60,863 nucleotides of DNA from Clostridia bacterium (lineage in GTDB: Bacteria; Bacillota; Clostridia; TANB77; CAG-508): NCBI GenBank assembly GCA_022790575.1, contig JAAVXM010000049.1, forward strand, positions 1 through 60,863, read 5' to 3'. Below, piece after piece: positions 17,077 to 26,128 of this stretch. The first letter of the stretch is position 1. Each line of letters opens with the position of its first letter. The translations under genes were made by a program, and so were the position numbers. The notes beneath the pieces were generated by a model. It was not told the DNA's origin. It made no database searches and saw only the letters and a program-made list of their open reading frames with translations.

Positions 17077-18132
17077 TGATGTATCATTTAGTCTTTCTGC
17101 TCTATCTGCTGCTGCTAAATTGTCAAGCATTTCATCTATGTCTCCATTTAAAAAGTTCTCCATCTGGAATATGCTCATTCCTATCCTGTGGTCTGTTATA
17201 CGTCCTTGTGGATAATTATATGTTCTTATTTTTTCACTTCTGTCTCCACTTCCTACTTGCGTTTTTCTTGCACTTGCTATTTCTGAGTCTTGCTTTTCCT
17301 TTTCTATATTATATAATCTTGAACGTAGCATTTTCATCGCATATTCTCTGTTTTGCAGTTGAGAGCGCTCTGTTTGACATTCTACTGTTATTCCTGTTGG
17401 CTCATGTATAAGTCTTACTGCTGATGATGTCTTGTTTACATGTTGCCCTCCTGCTCCTGATGCTCTGAATACTTCCATTTTTATGTCTGCTGGATTTATG
17501 TCTATTTCTACATCTTCAACTACTGGTAATACTGCTACTGTTGCTGTTGATGTATGTATTCTTCCACTACTTTCTGTGTCTGGTACTCTTTGTACTCTAT
17601 GTACTCCACTTTCAAATTTTAATCTGCTATATGCTCCTTTTCCTGTAACCATAAAAGATATTTCTTTGTATCCTCCTAATTCTGTCTCATTTTCATTTAA
17701 TATCTCTATTTTCCAGTGCTTCCTTTCTGCATACATTGAATACATTCTAAATAATGTCCCTGCAAATAATGCAGCTTCTTCTCCTCCTGCTCCTCCACGG
17801 ATTTCACATATTACGTTTTTATCGTCATTTGGGTCTTTTGGTATTAATAGTATTTTTAGTTCTTCTTCTATGTGTGGAATTTTTTCTTTTGCTTCATAAT
17901 AGTCTATTTCTGCTAATTCCTTCATCTCTGGGTCTTGCATCAACTCTTTTGCGTCTTCCATTCTTTGCTTCTCTTTTTTGTATTCTCTATATTTTTGTAC
18001 TACTTCTTCTATTGAATTATGCTCTTTTATTAATTTTTGCCATTCTGCTTGATTTGCAATTACTTCTGGGTCACTTATCATTTTTGTTAGTTCCTCATAT
18101 CTAGCTTCTACAGTTTCTAATTTATCAAACAT
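16735..18132 (-). CDS. prfA: peptide chain release factor 1 with an in-frame C-terminal pilin-like extension
   Basis: AAAGGAGA RBS before the ATG at 18132 ([15 protein letters not shown]). GGQ motif ([13 protein letters not shown]). The RF1 part is ~352 aa, and the ORF then continues without a stop into [10 protein letters not shown]... Confidence 0.85.
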   Translation of the reverse strand: MFDKLETVEARYEELTKMISDPEVIANQAEWQKLIKEHNSIEEVVQKYREYKKEKQRMEDAKELMQDPEMKELAEIDYYEAKEKIPHIEEELKILLIPKDPNDDKNVICEIRGGAGGEEAALFAGTLFRMYSMYAERKHWKIEILNENETELGGYKEISFMVTGKGAYSRLKFESGVHRVQRVPDTESSGRIHTSTATVAVLPVVEDVEIDINPADIKMEVFRASGAGGQHVNKTSSAVRLIHEPTGITVECQTERSQLQNREYAMKMLRSRLYNIEKEKQDSEIASARKTQVGSGDRSEKIRTYNYPQGRITDHRIGMSIFQMENFLNGDIDEMLDNLAAADRAERLNDTSGITLIALVVTIVVILILAGVSLRTLSGKDDLLNNTEQAKELTENRDEKEQLNIAVTEAMTLNKWGEVTKENLQNELDKNIGQDNYTLTGEGPYTIIFKKSDKRYEVTIKGEIK

Positions 18133-18218
18133 AAATATTCTCCTTTTTTCCAATCTTTAACATTTAGTATTATACTATATTTTTTCCTCTTTTTCAATAA
18201 AAATAATATATAAATGTC

Positions 18219-20180
18219 TTATAATTCTATATAGTTGAATTCTATTCCTTCTTTTTCTATTATTTCACATTCTCTTTTTGTACATGTAAATATTATTATT
18301 TGTCTTTCTGCAAATTCTGTTACTAAATATTTAAGAATGTTTCTTAATCTTTCATCATCATAATATGCAAATGTTTCATCTAATATAATTGGAACTTTTT
18401 CATTTGATATTGTGTCTATCATTGCTAGCCTTAATGATAAATATAATTGCTCTATTGTTCCTATACTTAACCTTTCTGCTGATATGTAATTGCCATTGTC
18501 TAATTCTACTGTTAATCCCTGCTCATCACTAAAATATATATTATTGTATTTTCCATTTGTTATTTTTGAAATATGTTCACATAGTTTTTTTGTAAATATT
18601 GGACTTATCTGATTTTTCATCTTTTTATATGCTTTTTCTAATAGTTTTTTTGTGAGTTCTATACTTAAGTTGTCTCTTTGCAACTTTTTGTATTGTTGTT
18701 CTAATAAAATTCTTTTTTCTTCTAATTCTGGTTGTCTCTCTATTTGAGCTTCTACTGTTTCCCTTTTTACTTCTAGTCTGCTTAATTCAATTTGCTCATT
18801 ACTAATTTTTTCTTCTATAAATTTTTTCTCACTATCTGTTCTTCCTTCAATAAATAGTTCTTTTATTTGCTGTGATTCAATCTCAGTTGAATAATTATTT
18901 ATTATTTGTTGCTTTTCCATATTATAAGTGTAGTTATTGTCTGCTTTCATTTTATCTATTTCTTTTTTTATTTCTTGTGAGTTTCTTTCTATTACTTTTT
19001 TCTCACTATCTAATTCATGTTTTTCTGAATTTATTCTTTCTAATAACTTTTTCTCACTTTTTTCTATGTCCTTTATTTTCCTTTTTATTCTTCTCTTTGA
19101 TATTATTGCAATTATCAAATATATTGGTAATGTTACTAGAATTATATATCTTAATATCTCATCTTGCATAACATATGGGAATATTGACACCCATAAAGCA
19201 TTTATTATTATTAAAATTATTAGCCATATTTTTATTCTATTGTTTAGTTTTATATTTTCATATTTTGTTTCTGTTATTTTGGCTCCTTTTCTAGTTTCCT
19301 TATATTTTACATCTACTGTCTCTATCTCATTATTTATCTTGTCTACTTTTACATCATTTTCTAATATGATGTTTTCTTTTATTTTTATTTTCTCTTTTTC
19401 TAATTCGTCTTTTTCTTTTATTTTTTTTATCTCTCTTAGTAATTCTTTTTTTATTATATCTTTTTTTAACTCATTTTTTATTGTTTCTATTTCTTTCTCT
19501 ATTTCATATTTGTATTTTTCCGCTTCTTTTAATTGGGCTGTTTCTTCTTGATTTTCTCTCATTTTTTCTTGTATTATATTTATTGGCTTTTCTCTACTTC
19601 TTTCTGTTCCTATTTCTTCTAATTGCTTTTTGTTTATTTTTTCTATTGCTTTTTTATATGATATATTGTCCTGCCCTGTTCCTAATATATTTGATATTTT
19701 TTGTATTAATATATTTTGTGTTTCTTTTTCTATCTTCGTTTCTTGTTGCATTGCAATTGATGTTGCCAAAAATATCTCTTCTTTTATTTTTGTTTGTTCA
19801 TAAAAGAATTCACTTCCTTTGTTTTTGTCTATATTGAATTCTTTTGTTATATTATCTCCTTTTTCATTAAATATTGTTGGATTCTTTTTATTGAATTCTC
19901 TATATATTTCATATTTTTCACTATTATCTAATTCATAATATAATTTCCCTGAAAATTGTTCTGCATCCCACGGCTTATATCTGTCAAAGTCTGATATTTC
20001 TTTTCCTCTTTTGTTTTTTGATGCTCCATAAAGTGTATTAATTATGAATTTTAATATTGTTGATTTTCCACTTTCATTTTTCCCATATATTATATTTAAA
20101 TTGTTTTTTAATTCTATTTCTTTTTCTTTTAGTTTTCCATATGAATTTATTTTTATTTTGTTTATCTTCAAATGGTTCAC
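18219..20180 (-). CDS. AAA/SMC-like ATPase, YhaN (SbcE)-like, with central TM segments
   Basis: Walker A GKNESGKST, long coiled coils, two central hydrophobic helices, and a C-terminal signature/Walker B region (PIILDETFAYYDD). Confidence 0.75.
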   Translation of the reverse strand: MNHLKINKIKINSYGKLKEKEIELKNNLNIIYGKNESGKSTILKFIINTLYGASKNKRGKEISDFDRYKPWDAEQFSGKLYYELDNSEKYEIYREFNKKNPTIFNEKGDNITKEFNIDKNKGSEFFYEQTKIKEEIFLATSIAMQQETKIEKETQNILIQKISNILGTGQDNISYKKAIEKINKKQLEEIGTERSREKPINIIQEKMRENQEETAQLKEAEKYKYEIEKEIETIKNELKKDIIKKELLREIKKIKEKDELEKEKIKIKENIILENDVKVDKINNEIETVDVKYKETRKGAKITETKYENIKLNNRIKIWLIILIIINALWVSIFPYVMQDEILRYIILVTLPIYLIIAIISKRRIKRKIKDIEKSEKKLLERINSEKHELDSEKKVIERNSQEIKKEIDKMKADNNYTYNMEKQQIINNYSTEIESQQIKELFIEGRTDSEKKFIEEKISNEQIELSRLEVKRETVEAQIERQPELEEKRILLEQQYKKLQRDNLSIELTKKLLEKAYKKMKNQISPIFTKKLCEHISKITNGKYNNIYFSDEQGLTVELDNGNYISAERLSIGTIEQLYLSLRLAMIDTISNEKVPIILDETFAYYDDERLRNILKYLVTEFAERQIIIFTCTKRECEIIEKEGIEFNYIEL

Positions 20181-20184
20181 TCCC

Positions 20185-21255
20185 TTATTCTAATATTTCT
20201 ATTCCTATTTCTAAGGCTTTTTCTATTATTTCTAATTCATATTTTTCTTCTTGTATTTCTTCTATTATTTCTTTTGCAAATAGTCCTTTTAATGTTTTTT
20301 CTCTTGAGATTTTCTCTATATCAATTTTTGGCTTCGTATTGTCTTTTATTTTTATTATGTTTTTATATAATTCATATTTGTATAGCTTGTATATGTTTAT
20401 TTCAAAGTTTCTGCTTCCTGTTAATATTATTTTATATAATTTGTTTTCCTGCATATTTATTTCGTTTATTTTTTCTACTAGTTCTTCTTCTGATTTTATT
20501 TCTGTACATTCTAGTTCTTTTTCTACAAATTCTGTTTTGTCTAATTTTATAAATTCTATTTTCTGCCCGTTTCTACTTATTTCTCCTACTACCATCCCAT
20601 GTTCTCCTAGTTCATCAAATCCTAGTGATATTGTTGAACCTGGATATATTATTTTAGAATTTGGAGCAAAGTTATTTTTGTGAATATGCCCTAGTGCTAT
20701 ATAGTCAAATCCCTTCGCTTCTAATTCTTTTTTATTCATGGAATTGTATTGCCTTTCTTCTATACTTGCTCCATCTAATGTTCCATGTATTACTAATATA
20801 TTTATTTTTTCTCTATTTTCTATCTGAATTTCATTTATATCTAATTCTGAACAGTAAAAATCGTCAAATCCATACCCATATATATCAATTTCTGGATATT
20901 CTATCTTTTCTATTTCTGCTCCATATATATGAACATTACTATTCCAATTGTATGTATTATAATATGATTTTTTTAAGTATGGGTCATGATTTCCTGGTGA
21001 TATAATTATTTGTGTTTCTGGTATTTCTTTGAATAAATTATTAATGAATTCTATTGTTGATTTTCTTATATATTGATGTTCATATAAGTCTCCTGATATG
21101 AAAAAATATTCTATTTTGTTTTCTTTTATATATTCTATTATTTGCCTGAATACTTGCCTTTGCTCTAACCTTCTCTGCTCTCCTAAGTACCCTTTGTCTG
21201 CTATCGCTGTAAATGGCGCGTCAAAGTGCATGTCTGCTATGTGTACAAATTTCAT
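20185..21255 (-). CDS. metallophosphoesterase, SbcD/YhaO-like DNA exonuclease
   Basis: MKFVHIADMHFD, GDLYE and GNHD motifs. Paired with the ATPase gene. Confidence 0.85.
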   Translation of the reverse strand: MKFVHIADMHFDAPFTAIADKGYLGEQRRLEQRQVFRQIIEYIKENKIEYFFISGDLYEHQYIRKSTIEFINNLFKEIPETQIIISPGNHDPYLKKSYYNTYNWNSNVHIYGAEIEKIEYPEIDIYGYGFDDFYCSELDINEIQIENREKINILVIHGTLDGASIEERQYNSMNKKELEAKGFDYIALGHIHKNNFAPNSKIIYPGSTISLGFDELGEHGMVVGEISRNGQKIEFIKLDKTEFVEKELECTEIKSEEELVEKINEINMQENKLYKIILTGSRNFEINIYKLYKYELYKNIIKIKDNTKPKIDIEKISREKTLKGLFAKEIIEEIQEEKYELEIIEKALEIGIEILE

Positions 21256-21406
21256 TGTTTCGCCTTCTGGGCTCCCCCCCTTTTTCTTTTTCGTGCCCTT
21301 ACATTTTATCTCATTTTTTTCTTTTTTTCAAGTGTTTTGCGAAAAGTTTTTCGCTTTTTATTGTTTTGAAACTTAAAAAAATACTGGTATTTTATATTAT
21401 ATTGCG

Positions 21407-21781
21407 CTATACTATTATCAAACTTTTTAGGAAAGGAACTGAATACATGGCAGATGTGAAACAACGAACGATAGATAGTGAAGGTGATATTAAAATAGGA
21501 ACCTGTGGTAATTCTTCAATAGTCTTAAGTGAATCTGTTTTCCTAATTATCTGTGCATCGCTTAGTATTAGTTCAAGCTTTTCTCTTGCTGCTGCTTCTC
21601 TACTATTTCTTTTTGCTTGCATTGCCTGTTTTATTATTCCATTTTCCCCTGTTAATAATGCAATACATACTCCTGCTAATATTAAAAGAACTATAAGTGT
21701 GACAACTAACGCTATCAGCGTTATTCCTCTTTTCTCTGCTACTTGTTCCTTCTTTTCTTTTACATACTTAACTTCATACAT
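21407..21781 (-). pseudogene. pilin-like gene fragment: long leader, N-terminal helix and ~70 aa, then an unrelated tail
   Basis: ...[24 protein letters not shown]...EAAAREKLELILSDAQI is homologous to 57051-58733. After ...EELPQ the reading frame becomes an odd hydrophobic tail. Confidence 0.55.
21668..21706. repeat. 39-nt block identical to 58675-58713 (encodes VVTLIVLLILAGV)
   Basis: TACTCCTGCTAATATTAAAAGAACTATAAGTGTGACAAC occurs at both sites. The window's first 11 nt match its 3' part. Confidence 0.8.
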
Positions 21782-22119
21782 TTGTATGTCTCATCCCTTT
21801 CTTTTTTCTTATGTTTCTCTTTTTTTTACTTTTTATTCATTTTTGCTCTTTATTTTCTTTCTCTTTATGTATAATCAATTTGTATGCTTCTTGCATTATA
21901 TTCTATTTAGCATTTCTTGTTAATAATTCTTTTCTATTATACAGGATAAAGACATGAAAAGAATTCTGCAAGCCTGAATACAATATAAAAATCAACTAAA
22001 AGTACTGTTCAATATATAAAAATTACGATATAATATCTTTGACATGGAGCAAAAAAACAAATGATAATTAAAGAAATAGAAATATATGTTTTTGTTAGTA
22101 TTGTTGCTAGTTGCCTGCC

Positions 22120-22156
22120 GAAAAAAAAAAGAATATTAGAAAATCTCTAATATTCT
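22120..22156 (-). terminator. intrinsic terminator of the coupling-protein operon
   Basis: AGAATATTAGA-loop-TCTAATATTCT followed on the minus strand by T10. Confidence 0.7.
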
Positions 22157-22174
22157 AAGTTTTATGTATATTTA

Positions 22175-24229
22175 TTAATCATCCATTGAGCCAAATAATT
22201 CATCAAATTTAGCCTCTAATTCTTTTTGTAAATCATATGAATCTTCTTCCTCTTCTTGTACCTGTGCTGGTTCTGGCTGTTTTGGTTTTTCACTGTTTAT
22301 TTGTATATCATCAAATAAGTCATCTATTCCTTTGTCCTCTTTTGGGACTTCTTTTTTAATCTCTTTAGGTTCTTCTTTTATTTTTGGTTCTACTTTTTTG
22401 TCTTCTTTCTTTTCTTCCTTTTTAGGTTCATCAAATAAGTCATCTAATGATTCAACTTTTAAATCTTGCATTTCTTTTTCTGTCTTATCTTCTGTCCATG
22501 GATTATATGGATTGAACTTTCTCCAATTACCTCTTTCTATTTCTCCTACATTATTATGACTAATCTCTGACCTTTTTAATTCATTAACCATCTTTTTATT
22601 TTTAAAGTAGTAGAATTTATTTGCTTTTACTGGCTTTATACCTTTTTCAAATATAATACATAAGTCATTATCCATTCTTCTCAACTCATCTGGTGTCATT
22701 AATGCTCTTGCCATAACTTGGTCTGATATGCTTTGTCCTGTTCTAAAATATTGTCTATCTTTATTTACTGAAATACTATTCCTGTCTATTGTCTTTTCTC
22801 CCAATGCTTTTGAGAAATATTCCACTGTTTTATATGAGTTACTTCCTAAAAATACATGTGTATCACAGTTTCCTATAATTGTTTCATATGATTTTTCATA
22901 TACTGCTTCTAATTGGTCTAGGTTTTGTAATATTACACTAAATGAAATTTTTCTACTTCTTGATGTTGATATTTTCTTATCAAAGTCTGGTACTTTTCCT
23001 ATGTTTGCAAACTCATCAAGTATAAAATATGTTGGCACTTTTAGTGCTCCTCCATTTTCATCTGCATAATTATATAATTGTTGTATCATTTGCGCAAAAA
23101 ATATTGTTAGTAAAAAGTCATATGCTGTATGTGTATCTGATGATATTACATATACTGCTGTTTTCTTGTTTCCTATTGATTCAAAATCTATTGTGTCTGT
23201 TGATGTTAATTCTGCTATTTCTTTTGAATCAAATTTTCCTAGCTTTGATTGTAGTGTACTTAATATTGAACTATATGTTTTTTCTGGCGCTATTTCTATT
23301 GATTTATAGTTCATTCTTGCTGGATGGTCATATGGAAGTTTACTGATTAATTCTGTTAACAAGTTATTTCCTCCACTAGAATTTGCTGCTCTAACTAATT
23401 CTGCACAACTTGCTAAGTTTTGTTCCTCTTCTGGTCTTGTTGCCATTAAATAATATATTAATGATTTTAATAGCATTTCTGCTGAGTCATCCCAGAATGG
23501 GTCTGACCCTCCTCCATCTGTTTTTTGACCTTTTACTATTGTGTTTGCAATTACATCTACATCTATTTCTGATGATATATGCATTAATGGATTATATCCA
23601 TCACTATTTTGTGGCTTTACTAAATTTAAGATTTTTATTTCATATCCATTTTCTTTTAAATATCCTGCTGTCTTGTCATATAATTCTCCTTTTGGGTCTG
23701 TGAATACATATGACCCTAATTGCTGAAATGCATTTGGTATTGAGTATGATGCTGATTTACCAGACCCTGACCCTCCGACTACTAATACATTTACATTTCC
23801 TCTCTTATCTGTTGGTAAATAATTATCTTCTGCTAGTATTATTCCTTTTTTATTGCTTAAAACGTGATATTGCTCTCCATTTTTACTCCAGTCACTTGAA
23901 CCATGTTCAAAGTCTGTATATTCATGCTTTGGCGCTGACCTGAATATCCCTATCATGAAAAATATAGAATATACTATTGTAAATCCTCCTAATGATTTAA
24001 AGTATGAACCAATTAATCCTTGTTTTATTATACTTAATATCCCGTTAAATGGATTTGTTAGTGCTTGCATGAATACTTGCATTCCATTTTGTGCACTTCC
24101 TTTTACCATTTCATTATATCCAAGTGTTATAGGCGCCATTAATACTATGGCTGCAAATAGCCATAGTATTACAAATATTATGAAATATTTCTTGTTCCTT
24201 CTTATAACTCCCTCTAGCTTGTAATTCAT
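22175..24229 (-). CDS. type IV secretion coupling protein, VirD4/TraG family
   Basis: Two N-terminal TM helices, Walker A VVGGSGSGKSASYSIPN, Walker B region YFILDEFANIG, and a Lys/Glu-rich tail. GAAGGTGA RBS before the ATG at 24229. Confidence 0.85.
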   Translation of the reverse strand: MNYKLEGVIRRNKKYFIIFVILWLFAAIVLMAPITLGYNEMVKGSAQNGMQVFMQALTNPFNGILSIIKQGLIGSYFKSLGGFTIVYSIFFMIGIFRSAPKHEYTDFEHGSSDWSKNGEQYHVLSNKKGIILAEDNYLPTDKRGNVNVLVVGGSGSGKSASYSIPNAFQQLGSYVFTDPKGELYDKTAGYLKENGYEIKILNLVKPQNSDGYNPLMHISSEIDVDVIANTIVKGQKTDGGGSDPFWDDSAEMLLKSLIYYLMATRPEEEQNLASCAELVRAANSSGGNNLLTELISKLPYDHPARMNYKSIEIAPEKTYSSILSTLQSKLGKFDSKEIAELTSTDTIDFESIGNKKTAVYVISSDTHTAYDFLLTIFFAQMIQQLYNYADENGGALKVPTYFILDEFANIGKVPDFDKKISTSRSRKISFSVILQNLDQLEAVYEKSYETIIGNCDTHVFLGSNSYKTVEYFSKALGEKTIDRNSISVNKDRQYFRTGQSISDQVMARALMTPDELRRMDNDLCIIFEKGIKPVKANKFYYFKNKKMVNELKRSEISHNNVGEIERGNWRKFNPYNPWTEDKTEKEMQDLKVESLDDLFDEPKKEEKKEDKKVEPKIKEEPKEIKKEVPKEDKGIDDLFDDIQINSEKPKQPEPAQVQEEEEDSYDLQKELEAKFDELFGSMDD

Positions 24230-24252
24230 TTGTATAATCACCTTCTCTTCTG

Positions 24253-24528
24253 TTAGTGTGTTATATCTTCTTCTCTTTCTTTTTCTTTTGCTTTTACATT
24301 ATTAACCTTTTCCTCTTGTTTTGCTTTATTTGGGTTTCCTCCTACATATGCTTTTATTGATAGATATCCTTCTGGTTGATTTAATAATTCCATTACATCC
24401 CTAGTATGTGTACCTTTTTCTGTTAGTTCCTTTCCTTCTTGCTGCACTGCCATCATATTAAGAAATGTTCTATTATTTTTTCCTGCAGATTTCCCTATTT
24501 TCTTTCCTTTTACTGTGTCATTTACCAT
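24253..24528 (-). CDS. hypothetical 91-aa basic protein
   Basis: AAGGAGG RBS. Tightly packed between the two neighbouring genes. Confidence 0.65.
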   Translation of the reverse strand: MVNDTVKGKKIGKSAGKNNRTFLNMMAVQQEGKELTEKGTHTRDVMELLNQPEGYLSIKAYVGGNPNKAKQEEKVNNVKAKEKEREEDITH

Positions 24529-24548
24529 AGTAAAATGCCTCCTTATTT

Positions 24549-25064
24549 TTAATCTCCTCTTACTTCAAATGCAAAATAAGATTTGTATGGTTTTAATTTA
24601 CACTTTCCTTTAACTTTATTGTCTTTTTCATCAAAATAAAGTCTAGGCTTTAATTCTTCTGTAGTTTCAGGATCTATAACACATATGTCTCTTCTCATAT
24701 TTGGTGTATAATTGATTTCTTTGAATTCCTTTTCTTCTTCTGAATATAATGTATTAAACTTAAATGGTGTTGGCTTTTTTGATATTCTTACCTCGTCATC
24801 AATTAACATCCCTACATTTATTATTACATTGTCTTTCCCAAATGATAAGATGGCTAATTGATTCCCTTCTTGTTGAGGTTCGTCAATGTAAAAGGTCTTC
24901 CTTGTAGTTTCTCCTCTTATCTCTTCTATAAAGTCTAGCCTTTCTACTGTATATTTTGGATACTCCTTTAGAAATTCCTTTTCTGTTTTGTTTATTTGAT
25001 AAATTACTGTGTTAACTCCTTTTGGATCTGTTATACTAAAATGTTTTCCTTGTAACATATCCAT
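24549..25064 (-). CDS. hypothetical protein, first gene of the coupling-protein operon
   Basis: ORF downstream of a consensus promoter. Start taken at the ATG at 25064 (MDMLQGKH). Confidence 0.65.
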   Translation of the reverse strand: MDMLQGKHFSITDPKGVNTVIYQINKTEKEFLKEYPKYTVERLDFIEEIRGETTRKTFYIDEPQQEGNQLAILSFGKDNVIINVGMLIDDEVRISKKPTPFKFNTLYSEEEKEFKEINYTPNMRRDICVIDPETTEELKPRLYFDEKDNKVKGKCKLKPYKSYFAFEVRGD

Positions 25065-25132
25065 TTTTTTACACCCCATTCCTATGATTTTTAATCCATA
25101 GTTTGTCTTATGTTTACGAACTCACATTCTTA

Positions 25133-25161
25133 ATTATACTATATTTTTGCAGAATTGTCAA
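25133..25161 (-). promoter_or_regulatory. consensus sigma-A promoter
   Basis: Minus strand has TTGACA (25161-25156), a 17-nt spacer and TATAAT (25138-25133). Confidence 0.6.
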
Positions 25162-25184
25162 TTATTAATATAATTGTGGTGGTT

Positions 25185-26072
25185 TTAAACTCGCCTTGGA
25201 TTAAACTTTGATACTTCTTTTAATTTTTTGAATATTTCTGTTTCTTCTTTTGATAACTTCTCTGGTACAACAATTTTTACTTGTGCAATAAGTTTTCCTC
25301 TCTCTCCTTTTGGTGTTTTATACCCTTTTTCAGGTATTTCAATTGTTTCCCCTGATTGTATTCCCCTTGGTATATATACTGATGTTTTACTGTCATCTAT
25401 TGAGTTGACTTTTGCTTTTGCCCCTAATGCTGCTTCCCATGGTGTTATTAATAATGTTGTATATAAATCTTTTCCTTTTAGTTTATATTTTCTGTCTTCA
25501 TCTATATTTATCTTTAAACATAGGTCTCCATTTTTGCCTCCGTTTTTGCCTTCTTTTCCTAGTCCTATAAGTCTTATTTTTTCCCTATCCTGTATTCCTT
25601 CTGGTATCTTTACTGTTATGATTTTGTCTTTTCCTTCTATGTCTTTTAATGCAATTTTCTTTTCTGCTCCATAAAAACCTTCTTCTATTGATATATTTAT
25701 TTCTGTTTCTATGTTTTCTCCTTTTATTTGTGGTAGTCTACTTTGCTCTATTTCTTCTTTTATTTCACTACTACCAAAAAACATATTGAAAAAGTCTCCT
25801 GCTACTTCTCCTGATGTTTTTTGTTTCGCTTTTCTTTGTTTCATACCTATATTGTAATTCCATGTTCTGTCATATTTTCTCTTTGTTGATGGTACTGATA
25901 AAATTCTGTAGGCTTCATTAATGTCTTTTATTCTCTCTTCTGCTAGTCTATTTCCAACATTTACATCAGGATGATATTTTTTTGCCTGTTTTCTATATGC
26001 TACTTTTATTTGGTCTATTGTTACTTTGCTACCTTCTATATCTAATATTTTGTAATAATCCTTAAATTTCAT
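25185..26072 (-). CDS. J-domain protein, CbpA-like (DnaJ without the zinc finger)
   Basis: DYYKILDIEGS...AKKYHPDVN J-domain with HPD, and DnaJ C-terminal beta domains. No CxxCxGxG repeats. Confidence 0.85.
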   Translation of the reverse strand: MKFKDYYKILDIEGSKVTIDQIKVAYRKQAKKYHPDVNVGNRLAEERIKDINEAYRILSVPSTKRKYDRTWNYNIGMKQRKAKQKTSGEVAGDFFNMFFGSSEIKEEIEQSRLPQIKGENIETEINISIEEGFYGAEKKIALKDIEGKDKIITVKIPEGIQDREKIRLIGLGKEGKNGGKNGDLCLKINIDEDRKYKLKGKDLYTTLLITPWEAALGAKAKVNSIDDSKTSVYIPRGIQSGETIEIPEKGYKTPKGERGKLIAQVKIVVPEKLSKEETEIFKKLKEVSKFNPRRV

Positions 26073-26128
26073 TTGACATCCTCCCCAAAAACTGGTACAT
26101 GCATTATATCAATTTGTGCGAAAAAAAT

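Noticed and set aside
18219-21255. The ATPase plus metallophosphoesterase pair as a novel defence system (Lamassu- or Gabija-like).
   Set aside because: The architecture (an SbcD-like MKFVHIADMHFD nuclease, and an SMC-like ATPase with central TM helices) matches the conserved Firmicute yhaO/yhaN (sbcEF) repair pair, and it sits among housekeeping genes.
21213-21923. The 236-aa plus-strand ORF running antisense through the pilin-like fragment.
   Set aside because: Most of it mirrors the pilin helix on the other strand. Only its first ~25 codons (from the ATG at 21447) might be a genuine gene remnant, which is discussed as a junction finding.
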